NCBI GenBank assembly: GCA_951406725.2
Contig: OX597814.1
Span: forward strand, 24,056,001-24,120,000
Reading direction: 5' to 3'
Length of the DNA stretch: 64,000 nucleotides
Source: Octopus vulgaris
Lineage: Eukaryota
Position 1 is the stretch's first letter. Every line of letters begins with the position of its first letter. A model generated the notes under the pieces. That model saw only the letters and a program-made list of their open reading frames with translations, ran no database searches and was not told the DNA's origin. Shown here in pieces: positions 51,196-64,000 of this stretch. The position numbers and the translations under genes are program-made.

Positions 51196-52204
51196 GATAC
51201 ATGTCATTTTAGTTCAAGTAGCATGATAACATTTCTAATTATAAACAGGCAAATATTTAACTTGTCTGTCCTTTCATCTCATTTCACTGGAGCATTCTTT
51301 AATACTATGGGATAAAGGTTTCTCATTTTTTACCTTTTTTCTTTTTATTTTTTACTTAAGGCACAGAACAACTTGTACTAAAAGAAATATAATCCCCAAA
51401 ACTAATGTTGGAATATTAAAGTTATTTATTTTAAAAACATTTGGTTACATTTTGAACTCTGATCAGAGTTATCAAATAAACTGTTATAAGGTATGATACC
51501 TGCTGTTTCACAGTTTGGTGCCACCTTCATGTACATTTTACTGTTATTCCAATTAATTTTTTTAAAATATATGATAAGAATATTGTATACATAGAAAGGT
51601 ATAATTTAAAGCACTGAAATTAAATCATACTTTAGGTGGTTTATGTAACATCAATAACATTCAGACAAAAATATAAAACTTTAATTTAATTTTGAAGTCA
51701 TTTTTTTCTTTAGTTTTTCCACACAAAAGTTTTGCCTTCAGAGAAAGAAAAGCAGACTATAAGAAAACTATTGAAACTGATATTAAAGATATTTTTTTTT
51801 ATTTCTCCATTAATAAAATGCAATTATTTTTAGATGAAAGAAGAAATAGCATATTTTCTAGACAATCTAATTATTTCTTTGATCTCAAGAATAACAAAGT
51901 ATTTCCATAAGAACTTTCAGCAATAACATATCTTATTTGTAGTCTAAGATAGGATGAACACATAATGAGAATTTTATTCTTCTTGAATTTCTATATTTCA
52001 TTGTAGATATACTCAAGAGTACATAGTAAAGTCGAATTAAATTGTTGCTTTGGAATACAATTTAAAACACCTATCTGTGTATATTGTATTGATATCTGGA
52101 TTTAATTATTGGCATTTTCACTTCTTTGTATAAGCTTTTCACAATGTGGTATTGTTTAATTATGCAATCAGGAACTTGTAATCTACTGCTTATATGTTTT
52201 ATAA

Positions 52205-53280
52205 ATGTTCACAAGATAAAAATGTCCATAGCCATGAGGTAGTGGTGGCCGTGGTGCTAGATGTAATTGGAAACCAGGCTTTGGAATGGGTAGGCAGAGT
52301 TCATTGGAGGTGTGGAAGGAGTGCTTGACTTTGAGGGTGCCATTCAGTTGTAGGGTGTGCAGCATTCCCACATCTCAATGACAGCTTGGATCATGCCCAG
52401 CCAAGAGAAAGATGTCTCTGCTCTGGAACACACTTGTGTCGTCCTAATGTGCTGAGTGTAATGCCTGAATGACCTTCATGTGAAGGGAGGTAGATATAGC
52501 AACCCTGTCATGATACAGGATAACACCAGTGAAGCTGGTGAGTTCATCATGAAACTGGTAGTACTGTCACAGCTGTGGGGGGACTTTGGAATGGTCCTCC
52601 GGGAAGCTGTCCTTGATTGCGTCAATGAGTTTAGTCATGCTTGGGTCACTGGTATTAGCAGTGCTGACCATATCCCATGTGACAGATTGGATGATCCCAG
52701 TAATGGGTTAAGTACAGTCATTGTGAGAGCACATAGTGTTATCATCTCCTGTAGAGTGGATGGTTGCTAGAAAAGACTATGACAGAGATTGGTGGCTCAT
52801 TTGGATGGATCATGGTGGCAACATCATCTGGGAAGTTTGGTGGTGAGGGCTGTCCAATAGGGTCACATGAGACAGTGTCGGATGTGGCATGGTGAGTGTC
52901 TAGTACATGAACGATGCTCAAGTTATTCCATAGGGTTTTTTCTTTTGGGTTGCACAGTCAAGGATTCAGGTTGTTGTCCAGGTAGCGATCACCAAATATT
53001 TTCAAGTGAGGTTTGTGGTCAACTGCAACAATGAGATTGCTGCAGCCAAGGATGAAGTGATCTGCTTCGTCCAATGCATCGGCAACTGTCAGTGCTTCAT
53101 CCTCCACTGGTGTGTAATGAGATTCTGCCACTGGAGTGATTTTCCAGCCAGATTTTCAGCCAAGGGGGTGGGAAAAGGCATGTACAATATTTTTGGAACA
53201 GCCAGAAGTCAATGCTATCTTTGCTCCAATCAGTGACAAGGGGAGTCGGCCTGGTTTTGTCAAAGATCTCCGCACCTCTT
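52205..53280 (-). mobile_element. Ty3/Gypsy pol relic (RNase H, zinc-binding domain, start of integrase core)
   Basis: Minus translation with stops: IFDKTRPTPLVTDWSK; AESHYTPVEDEALTVADALDEADHFILGCSNLIVAVDHKPHLKIFGDR; KEKTL..IVHV; GVILYHDRV; LHSAH; SWLGM..CTPYN*MAPS..YPFQSL..HHYLMAMD. RNase H precedes integrase, the Gypsy-type order. Confidence 0.9.
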
Positions 53281-55017
53281 GTAATATAATAAATAATAAT
53301 GTGTATTTAGTTATAATCCTCTAATAATGACACTGGTTAAGGAAACAGTCTTCTGCCATACTCTCCCTACATGTGAACAACATAAAAAAAAACGTTTAAA
53401 GCACTATGAATGCTAGACCATACAGATCTAATTTATATCTTATGGAAAATCTACATACATGTAACACTTCCAGAATTTCCTTCTATCAAAACAATAAAGC
53501 CATGCTTTCTGGGATCTGCTTTGCTGCAAGCAGTTTTACTACATTTATCTTCCATCTCCTTTCTTTCATTGTTTCACACCCTATATAAGTCATAACAGAT
53601 TATTCATTTATATATTCTTAACACATTTAACACTGCTGGTCACATTTCCCAGAACGTTTTCACATTGAACATCAGTTGCATCAGTTTTACCCACCTATGA
53701 TGGCCTCTTTGGGCATTGCCTCTCTTTTACAGAATAACTAATACGTAAAAACATCGTTTAGCCCCAAGCAAGACCTGATCAAGCAAATCTACAAGGATGC
53801 AATCCATTCACGACCATTACAATTTGCATCAAGTACAATGTATCTATAATCATATCCTTCCATTTTTAAGATGGTAGTGTGCAATTTGTAAGAAATTTGG
53901 ATGCATATTTCCAGGTTAAGCAACCATATAGAGGTCTCTTATTGGCTTTTAGAACTGCACATGAAGTAGATTCCAGTTCAGAAATTGTTATATCATACTT
54001 TAATAAAATTTAGCTGCACAGTGCTAAGTTTCGTTCTGCCTATGGGAATCGATGTATGATACAGAGTATTGTCCTCTTTAGGGAAATATTTATTTGTTAA
54101 TACACCATGAACTGGAAATAAGTATCCATTCAATGATTCATTAATATGGTCGATCACGTATTTTGTCAATTTTGTGAAATATTTACCCTTCTGCTCAGTA
54201 CATCTCCTCTTCCATCTCCCACCCTCCTTTCACAATCTGGTGAACTTATCTACATGCCCTATCCCACTTCATTATACACATCCTTGCAAATTGGGTGTAT
54301 GCTCTGTCACATCTTCACCATCTTATCTCTCTCCCTTTTCTCTCTCCTCAATCACCCTTTCTCTCTCTTTTTCCCTCTCTCTCTCCACTTTCTCTCTCTC
54401 CCTCTCTCTCTCCAACTGAGGTAGCCTTGTATCTCCTCTACAGCAAGAAATATATTTCTTTCCCCTTATTTATACTCTAACTTCTCATCACCTGGGACTA
54501 AGCCATCTCCCTCAGTACTACTCCTCCCTCAGTTAGAGGGTCTTGGCTAGCAAGCTACTTGGACCCCACTGCTGTTGTTACCATGTAAAAAGTACTCAAT
54601 ATATTTTGTAAAGTGGTTGGCATTAGGAAGTGCTTCTAGCTGTAGGAAATATTTGTGAGTAGACAGTAGAACTTGATGCAGACTTCTGACTCGCCAGCTC
54701 CTGTCAAACTATCCAACCCATGCCAGCATGGAAAATGAATGTTAAATTATGATAATCACGATGGTAATGATGATTTTATGTAAATGAATGCCAGGTTTAA
54801 AGTAAGCAGATTGAGTCATTAGATTTGGTGCTTGGACTATCCATAAACATAACAAAAAATAAAAATGATAATGATTAAGACCAAACAGTTATTAGGAATT
54901 TTGCTGAACTTTCATATCAAATTTGATATTGTAGAAATGCTTTCCTAAAACTTTGTATAGATATTGATGATGATAATGCAGATTCTAAAGAGAGTTTCAG
55001 TCAAATATGCTATTACT

Positions 55018-55109
<92 letters not shown>

Positions 55110-55264
55110 GGGAGAGTTTACGAAACAAGCAAAAACTATTGTGTGCTTCCAAAGATCAAGAAAAGTCCTTATATATATATAGAGAGAGAAATGGAGATTG
55201 ATGTGTTTGGGATTAAGTTGCTGGAAATGTGTTGTGTGGTATGGCAATATGTAATTTGTATCAA

Positions 55265-55760
55265 ATTATCAAATGATCAGATAAGGCTAGAAATACTGTT
55301 GATGGTTTGGTAGAGCCTGGATTCGAAATGTCTGTGTGTGGTACATTTAGTGGATGATACTAATTGCTGTAGAATATTTTGGACAGCAAAACATTCGGCT
55401 TCTGAAATATTTGGCATAAGCATGAGAGGTGTCCAAGAGCCAAAAGTAGTTGAAAATATAGAAGTCACCAAAGATGATGTCATCAGAGAGGGGTGAAGAA
55501 AGATAGATGTCCTGATAGACAATCAAATAAACTTTGGTAGTTGGGGGAGTTCAAAGAATGGTAGAAGCTGAAAATAAAGGAGTATAAGGAAGAGAAACTT
55601 ATCCAGAATAGGAGCATCAGGAAAGAAAACTGATCTCTGTAACAGATACTAAAAGATGAAAAAGGAGTATGAGGAAGGGAGACGATCCAAAGTCAATGTA
55701 AATCTTTGTTGCTGATACCCAGGTTAGTGATGGAGACAGTAGTTTCTAAATGTGGGAAAG
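55265..55760 (-). mobile_element. LINE apurinic-endonuclease domain relic
   Basis: Minus translation DIIFGDFYI (GDFN-like) followed by ECFAVQNILQQLVSS (cf. NDLEQLV..PT). Confidence 0.55.
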
Positions 55761-58602
55761 CAGTCCCTTTCAGATTAAAATTGGAACATAGAGTGTATCT
55801 GGGACAGCAGAGCAAGATTATCAATAAAAAAGTGAGGGATTTCATTTTTGGATATGGTTTGCAAGATTCCTTATATGAGTTCGTGCATTGAAGCATATTC
55901 TGTTGTGTCTGGGGAGAGTCATTTTCTTTTTGTGCCTTATAGTGTAACACACTCAACGGTAAAATTTCCGCTTTTTCCTTATTTTTGTTTTCCTAAAATT
56001 TTCTTTGCGTCTTGCAAGCTTTTCAATAGTTTTGGCTCTGTTATTCACACTGCATTCCCTTTTGTTTATTTGAGCCCATGTGTGTGGGTGAGTGTGTGTG
56101 TGTGTGTGTGTGTGTGTTTGCCTATACATGCATGCATGTACGTATGTATGTATGTGTGTGTTTGCATGTGTATGTAGGTATATATGTGTGTGTATGCATA
56201 TGTATATATGTATGTATGTGTGTGCATCTGTATGTACCTATCCTGCATATCTATGTGCTTGCATGTCCGTGTTTGTGTATTTTCTATGTATATGTGTGTG
56301 AGTATGTGTTTGTATATGTATGCACCTCTGTCTCCTTGTGTGTGCATGTCTGTGAGTGTGTGTGTGTGTGTGTGCTCTGCAACTATGTACCATGTTTGTA
56401 TGTATGGGATTTATTTTTCAAAAAGGAGAATGATGTGAGTCTTGCCTGTGGCTATGAAAGGTCTTGGTTGGACCATTATGAATCGTATATCTAGGCAGGA
56501 AAATTGTCCTGTAAATTGAATAATTTATTTTTGACTTCATTTCAAGCAGTCATTGTCGAGTTATTTGGAATTTATTTTTAAGGAAAGCACTTTTCATTAC
56601 AGGGGTATTCATGAAAGTAACAAAACACACAATGGAATGGTTTTATATATAAATCATATTGCAGCTGATGTAAGTAAATTACTGTGACATTTTAAATAGA
56701 TACTTGGATGAATACTTTGTTATAGAGTTTGAGATAATCCAGGGTAATATTATTTGGAAAACAAACTTGGAAAATATTTTCCAAATAAAAGAAGATAAAG
56801 CTTCATGAGAGAATGGTCAACAAATCATTGACACTATTAATCATTCTAAAAACTTCATAATACATTTTGTGGAGTATTGAATAATTCTTACATCAACTCT
56901 GAATAAATATTGCAACAATTCTATAGACCTCTTTGGATTTGATTAATGATACTGATAACTTCTATAATTCAGATTCTTAATGTGAGCAATAATCCATCTG
57001 AAATTCCTGGCACAGCATTGGTCAGTTTTGCACATCATCAATGTCAGCCAACATTCAATAAGCAGAAAATATAATAAATGATATCTATTTTATAATTTTA
57101 AGCTATTCATAATTCAAAATGGCAGCTTTCGTTTTAGATTATATATGTTATAAATCAACAAAATGACTTATTTATTAAGAATCTAAGGAATTATTTACAT
57201 ATTAAATATGTAAGTCGATGATCAGATTTACACACATATAAACTAATGGAAGTAATAAAAATAATAATTCTTTTCATTTTATCCTTTTAAGCCAATATTC
57301 AAATGAGATGCAAATAAATGCTATTTATTGAAATGGCACGAGTCATAATTAAACATTATCTTCAAATATTCTTAGCAACAAGCTAGCCTATTAGATCAGG
57401 GATTTGTTTAAATAGATACTTTAAACATTGGAAGTTACAATTAATGCAGAGATATTATATAAATATAACCTTTATGTTATTTATAAATGTTTAAACAGGA
57501 GGAAGCTTTTTTTAAATAGCAAATTTAGAAAATTAATGTATATTGTATATAATCAAAATTTTAATATATTGTATGTTCCACGTGAGTTTTGGGAAATATG
57601 AATTATATTAATATGGATTATAATTGTTTTGTCACAGAAATAAAGGGGGCAGATTGAAAAGATACTGGAATACATTTTCAAGAGACAGCATAGGGTAAAT
57701 TTATGTCCATGAATTTGGTTTTTAAAAAGTCATTAAACAAAAATAATTTAATCTCATTTTACTCAATATTGCACTTTTAAAGGCTTAAACAAGATTTGGG
57801 CTCAATCAAGTGATTTAATGTTGACTTTGCAACCTGTACCCACAAATGAATCAATTTTTATCTGAAATTATTTACCAAGTGTTTTAAATATGGAAAATGT
57901 TTTAATTACATTCAATATTTATTTAGTGTGTGCATGTGTGTGTGCATGTATGAACATGTGTGTGAGTGTGTGTGTGAGTGCTTGCATGTGTGTGTGTTTG
58001 CATGTGTTTGTATGAATGTACTTCAGTATATGTATGTATATATTTGTCTAAAACTCCATGAGTTAGAAAAAATAGGTACTCTTATACATATTAATAGAGT
58101 GGTTATATCCTTGTCAATAACATACAATATAATTTCCGAACAACCAATTTCCCAATTGGTTTCATACCAGAAGTTCAGAAAATCACTAACAATCATCGGG
58201 AAATACTGAAAGGAATTGTATGGCATTAACTCTTTGCAACTGGACCTCTGAATGTGTCATATAGGGTTTGCAGTTCATACAACTATTGTAAAAAGACTGG
58301 AACAAAATCGTCAGGCCAAAAGCCTTGTAGAAAATAATTATTATTTGTTGATGTTTTATGTATTCGATTGAAAGTAAAAAGGGCCACTACAGTATGAGAG
58401 ATATTTTTTGTAGAGTGGGAGAAGAGTGAGAATGGGAATAGTAGGAGAGTGTAAATTTTAAAACCATGTTTGTTCTAGTAGAAGTGTTTATATGTATCAC
58501 AACTGGGGAGGTAAGTTTAATATTTATTCTTCTGATTTCCATGAGAAGAATAACAAAACAGCAAACTATTGGAAGTTTCATTGCTAATATTCATGAAGCA
58601 GT

Positions 58603-58836
58603 TAGCCAATCGTGGTCGTTGCCAGCCCTTTCTGGCCCCTGTGCCGGTGGCACATAAAAAGCACCCACTACATTCACGGAGTGGTTGGCATTTAGAAGGG
58701 TATACAGCTGTAGAAACACTGCCAAATCAGACTGGAGCCTGGTGCGGCCTCCTGCCTTCCCAGCCCCTGGTTGAACCGTCTAACCCATGCTAGCATGAAA
58801 ACGGACGTTAAACGATGATGATGGTGATGATGATGA
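58603..58836 (+). mobile_element. Family C element (5'-truncated)
   Basis: gtgccggtggcacataaaaagcacccactac..aacggacgttaaacgatgatgat. Confidence 0.88.
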
Positions 58837-59611
58837 TATATATATATATACACACAACCGGGACTGTTGTATGATTAAGACTTGGAAGCCCTTTGTTTTA
58901 AGGTTGTTCTCTCTGCATAGCACTGTAGGCAGATGTCTTCCTCGATTGCTTGTGAGTGGAATTGGTAGATAGAACTTGTAGGGAGCTAATTACATGTGTG
59001 TGTGTGTGTGTGTGTGTATGTGTGTGTTTGTGTGCGTGTGTGTGTTTGTGTCTGTATCAGTGTATTTGTGTGTGTGTGTGTGTGTGATAATATATATATA
59101 TAGTATCTATATTTTGGCTGAGTCAGTCTCTTGCAAATATAGATCGTACAGAGACGGCATATGTTTAAGAGGACTCATTAATGTTGTCAAGGACATTACA
59201 GCTTGTCTAATATTATAACACAGGAGTGTATGTTGAGTGGTTGGTGACAAGAAGGGTATTTAGTCCTAGAAACCAAGTCCCAAAATATGAAACTTACAAG
59301 TAAGCTATAGTCCATACCAGCATGGAGTGGAAAACAAAATGTGATGATGAAAATCAAATATAAACATATACATATATACAATGTATATAAATATATAAAA
59401 CTCTCCTCTCCCTCTCTCTCTCTATATATATATATATATGTGTGTGTAAAAATTAATATAAACAGCTAGGCACAATATAATACCATAAAGGAACATTTTT
59501 ATCATCATTCATTGTGACTGATGGTGTTGAAGCACCTATATTGGAAGAGTTAAAAAAACTCTAAAAGCTGTATGAAGCTCACAATATATATATACAATGA
59601 CAGGGGATATA

Positions 59612-59836
59612 TATTTCTTTATTGCCCACAAGGGGCTAAACACAGAGGGGACAAACAAGGACAGACAAACGGATTAAGTCGATTACATCGATCCCAGTGC
59701 GTAACTGGTACTTAATTTATTGACCCCGAAAGGATGAAAGGCAAAGTCGACCTCGCCGGAGTTTGAACTCAGAACGTAATGGCAGACGAAATACGGCTAC
59801 GCATTTTGCCCGGTGTGCTAACGTTTCTGCCAGCTC
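59612..59836 (-). mobile_element. Family B SINE, young
   Basis: Nearly identical to 24498-24727 and 37819-38053. Confidence 0.92.
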
Positions 59837-59852
59837 CATGGATGACTCTAGG

Positions 59853-59905
59853 ATCACTGGACTAGACTAGTTTCACCTATCAGTCATAGGCTCGTCAGCA
59901 GTGAC
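59853..59905 (-). ncRNA. Type I minimal hammerhead ribozyme
   Basis: Minus strand gtcactg-CTGACGA-GCCTAT-gactg-ATAGGT-GAAA-CTAG-TC|tagtccagtgat: full core, 6-bp stem II, palindromic ACTAGT helix III, GUC triplet ending at 59865, stem I ACTG/TAGT. Confidence 0.8.
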
Positions 59906-60924
59906 TGCTCAATCACTCGCTGGTTTGGTTAAATCAGCCCATCAGTATATATATATATATATTTACCATATAAATTTATGGCTGATGTAGCAAAATGCTA
60001 ATGTGCATATTAAAAATTGATATAAACGGTCAGGCACAATATAACACCATAAATGAAAACTTTTATCATCATTATGACTGACGGTGGCAAAGCACCTATA
60101 TTGCAAGAAATAAGAGTTAAAAACTCTTAATGCTGTATAAAGTGCACAATATACATACACTGACAGAGGAGATAATCATCCCATGAACGGCTCTAGGATC
60201 ACTGGACTAGACTAGTTTCGCCTTATGTTCCCTTATAATCTTTTTGTTGATTTGCACTCCCCAATTAAATGCAGAATAATTAACAGACAAAAAATGACAT
60301 ATATCTGTGTACTATAATTTCCAGCCTATGAACTTCAATGCCCATAGACCTGCAGCCCTGACAACCACAACTTAATCCACACGATATCCCATTGGGATAC
60401 AATAAATACACATAAAAATATAGGGAATCAGTTGATAAATTGGTTACAAAACAAATGAGAAATCAAAATATCTGAAAATATCTCCAGCAACTGGTATTAA
60501 CAACTGCATAAGATCCATTTACACCCACTTGGTAGACTGAAACCATGGGTTATGCACCAAAAACCACGGTATATATACATACATAACCATGGTTCTTGAG
60601 CTTTTGGCATCACCTTCCCCTTTCACCATGTTAGGGATGCTATTCCTTCCCATTGTCAGATCATTCTTCATGTTGATAATCCAAAGGTGTATTTCAACCA
60701 ATTTAGCTATTTTCAGCAGAAGAATTTTAATATCATCCCAAAACGTACAGAAGTTTCTGCCAATTGGACCACTTGTATGTATGGAAAACCACAATTTTAG
60801 TAGAAGCACCATCTTCTCCTCCCCTGAAGGTTTGCCATCCCTTTTCCTGAATCACTGAATCACATGCAAAAAAAAAAAAAAAAATTATATAAGAAATTAT
60901 TTATTCATAACAGCAGACTATCTG

Positions 60925-61378
60925 TCATTTTATTTTCAGCAAAGAAATCGTCTCTTCTATGTTCAACTCTGTTTTGGAGAGGGCAACCCTTATGTCTGGT
61001 GTGACATCAAGTCAATTTCATGACTTCGTTTTTATAGCAAGGAAAGTGGAAAACGTGGTCTCACACTTATAGGTGGTTGGAAATGGCACCAGTACTTTAA
61101 GAGACATCTTTGCGACATTAAGATATGACTGTGCCATTTCAATCCAAAAGACAGAACAGCACATTTCACGGAAAAATTATTTTGCACCTCGATCATTGAC
61201 TAAATCAATGAACTGCTCCAGAATTAAATTGTCTTCTGTTGGCAAATCGCTAACAGAGAGTACAAAGGGGTTCCTGATAAAGCGGAAGTATTTGTCAAAG
61301 TCATGAAGATCAGGAAAATAAAGTGAATATTTCTCTGCTAAGTATTGACATATGTTGTTCAATGATATCATCTTCTAT
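60925..61378 (-). pseudogene. hAT (Charlie/Buster/SPIN-like) transposase C-terminal relic
   Basis: YFPDLHDFDKYFRFIRNPF..EQFIDLVND..CSVFWIEMAQSYLNVAKMSLKVLVPFPTTYKCETTFSTFLAIKTKS*N*LDVTPDIRVALSKTE: hAT dimerisation domain (cf. F.TTYLCE.GFS..KTK.RNRL) with in-frame stops. Confidence 0.9.
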
Positions 61379-61665
61379 AGCCCTAGGCTATGCAAGTGAG
61401 TGAACTTAGTTAATGGAAATTATGCAGAACTTCATCGTCTCTCTTTTTCTCTGTCTTTATACATGTGGGTGTGTGTGCGTGCATCTTTGTGTTTGTCATC
61501 CCTACCATCACTTGATACTAGTTTATTTACACCCCCATAACTTGGCAATTCAGCAAAGTGGTCCAATAGAATAAATACCAAAGTTTAAAAAAAATAAGTG
61601 TTGTGGTCGATTTGTTTGACTGAACCATGGCTGTAGTCCAATGACTGACAAAAGTAAAAGATAAA
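61379..61665 (+). mobile_element. Family A SINE, degenerate and 5'-truncated
   Basis: ..cccccataacttggcaattcagcaaag..gtccaatgactgacaaaagtaaaagat; abuts the hAT relic. Confidence 0.65.
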
Positions 61666-62129
61666 AAAAAAGCATCAATTTGAATTTAATTATTAATTTT
61701 ACTAAGAGAACTGATTATATTATGCAGCTTTTCTAAATTAGAAAACTATAAAATTGTAATGAATTGTAAAAAAGGAATTATAAATCAATTGGCTGAAACA
61801 CAAAATGTTATGCTATTTTCAGTGTATCTTGTTATATTGATATATGTAAATTGTTAGTTTTTTTTTTTTCTTTGTTAGTATACCATTAATTCATTTATTG
61901 TATACTGAAAGGCTATAGAATATGTTAATTCAGTCATTGACTGCTAAAACTTCTCTTCTATAAGGGGTTGATTATATTCATGCATATCTTTCACATGTAT
62001 TTGAAAAGGCTTTAGAATTAAATTGTCTTCTTTTATCAGTAGTTATCATTATCATCATCGATACCATCATCGTTGTTGTTGTCACTGCTGCTGCCAATGC
62101 CACCATCACCACCACCATTGCCATTGTTC

Positions 62130-63100
62130 TCATCATCATCATCATCATCATCATCATCACTTAATACCAGTCTTCCACAATGGCATGAGTTGGACAGTTC
62201 ATCAAAATTCTATATCTGAGAGGGTTACATTAAGATTCAGAGTCTGCTTTGGCATGGTTTCTACAGCTGGATGCTCTTCCTGATGCTAACAATTTTTCCA
62301 AGTATACTGTGTGATTTTTTCCATATCACCAGCACTAGTGAAGCCACTATATTATTAAGAAAACTTAAATATCTCTTGACTAAGTGGGAATTTAGTAGAG
62401 TGTGAGTTAGCTTTAAATTAGTTGCTAAAGGCTAAAACCATGTTTCTTGTCCTATAAATTCCATACAATGTACTGACACAAGAGAGATAAAATTTATATT
62501 TCTTTTTAATCAGTGAGTTTGTTGGTGAACTGGCAGAGGCATAAAAGTGTCCTGTAGAATACTTTTTAATATTTCTTCTGATTCTTAGTGTCCCAGGTTC
62601 AACTTTTCATTTCAGCTTTCCAGAATCAATAAATATAATATTAGTCAAGTATAGGGGTGATTCTGTTCTCTCTGTCTATGCCTCAGAATTGGTTCCCCTG
62701 TCCTATGAGAAAAGGAATCAGGGACCATTTACAGCATTCTTTCACCAAGAATGGTGAAGGCTTCAACAAAGGGTTAGTAACTTCTCACAGATAAACTGTT
62801 ATGCTTGAGGATAACCTAATGTACAAGTATAGTATGGAACAGAATAAAAAAATGAAAGAGAATCAATCATTATCAATATCATTTAACATCTTCTTTTCCA
62901 TGCTTGCATGAGTTGGATGGAATTTGTTGAGGCAGATTTTCTATAGTTGGATGTCCTTTCTGTCACCAACCCTCACCTATTTCTCATTAAGATAATGTCT
63001 TCCGTATCCAGACATGTTTTCATGGAAGATTGAAAATGAAAGTCACTACTTGAATGACGATCATGACATTTGTTTATAATTATCAAGGAGACAGTAACAT
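62130..63100. mobile_element. Degenerate family C-related (62130-62345, 62865-63100, minus) and family B (62520-62660, plus) fragments
   Basis: (CAT)n followed by ttccatgc..ttgga..ggatg motifs; ggtgaactggcaga head. Confidence 0.55.
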
Positions 63101-64000
63101 ACACATACACATACATACACACACACACACACACACAACACTTAGAGATAAAATAATAAACAAATATATTTTTCATTTTTTTTTTTCAACTGTGCTTAGA
63201 AGACTGTCCTACTCATGGAGATTAGAAAATTCCAATAAGTTGTTGCTGTTCAACCAAGTCTTTTCTACTTGTCTCCTGTCTGGCTAAAACCAGAACCTAC
63301 AAGTCAACTGTGGGTCCTATTGAACCAGTGAACCAGTGACTGAGCATTTTTGTGGTTGTTTGACTTGCTAAAAATAACAGTCAGATTTCCTGCCTATCAT
63401 ACTTTATCTTAAAATATAAAGGGTACACTGGATATGAGAGTGCTAAATAAAATGTTTGAAAATAAAATGGAATGGTCATGGCAAGAACGTCTTTAATCAT
63501 AGGTCTGTTTGATTAGATCTGAACTGATGGTGGAGGGCGACTGATTAACAAAAATATCAGACATACAAGAATAGAGGAACGTCAGTGATCATATGTCTAC
63601 TTTATCAGGGCTGACCTAAAGCGAGACAACAACATCAGCAACAGCTGCAGAAGCAACAACAATAACAATAACAACACTAAATACAACTCCAGTCTGCCTA
63701 ACGACTGAATCACAATATGCCTGAACTACCAATATCTATCAAGCAGCACATGTTTTGTGGTGGGGCATCTACATTAAAGATTGCCCATTTTCTTATATAA
63801 TCAATCATAAAATTGAAAAAAAAATCCATAAAAAGATGATTCACTGTTCATGCTTATATGCTTGTATGTTGCTCCCACATTATAATGAATTCAGTTCAGC
63901 CTCTATTGGAGCAGACAAGATGCCATTTATGATTTTGCCTGTCAAATGAGGATATTATCCATATAATAACTGGTTTAAGAATAACATCAAATGAAGCAAG

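Larger units (their letters stand above)
59449..60223 (-). repeat. Tandem direct repeat, PLE pseudo-LTR-like (copies ~59449-59878 and ~60013-60223)
   Basis: Both copies share aggcacaatataa..gcacctatattg..ctctaggatcactggactagactagtttc; copy 1 is interrupted by a SINE. Confidence 0.85.

Noticed and set aside
52480-53324. Plus-strand ORFs of 62-96 aa
   Set aside because: Antisense shadows of the minus-strand Gypsy pol relic.
56066-56494. Cys/Val-rich ORFs up to 138 aa
   Set aside because: Degenerate (TG)n/(TATG)n microsatellite.
60519-60858. 97-aa and 89-aa overlapping ORFs next to the hAT relic
   Set aside because: No recognisable domain; probably non-coding transposon-derived sequence.

Overview
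This is eukaryotic, AT-rich, microsatellite-dense, repeat-dominated DNA. The SINE families look like those of an octopod cephalopod (Octopus-like); this is recognition from memory, not a database match. I found no intact protein-coding gene: most ORF-track entries are artefacts of microsatellites or SINEs. The window is mostly transposon debris: several tRNA-derived SINE families (some with clear TSDs and nested insertions), a (GAT)n-tailed element with internal ~60-bp tandem units, RTE/CR1/Jockey-type LINE fragments, a Dong/R4-like 3' end in (TAA)n, at least four Penelope-like element (PLE) relics, three mariner relics plus a Tc1/mariner fragment, a Gypsy RNase H-integrase relic, a hAT (Charlie/Buster-type) transposase relic and a Helentron/DINE-like piece. 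The most interesting signal is a set of type I minimal hammerhead-ribozyme motifs in three architectures: a 224-bp-arm near-perfect palindrome with back-to-back hammerheads (25.2-25.7 kb), a tandem pseudo-LTR with a canonical GUC hammerhead (59.4-60.2 kb), and a tRNA-headed SINE-like element with a hammerhead core (21.5-21.9 kb). There are also many inverted repeats that could form dsRNA, and a few weak exon candidates. Boundaries of degenerate elements are approximate.
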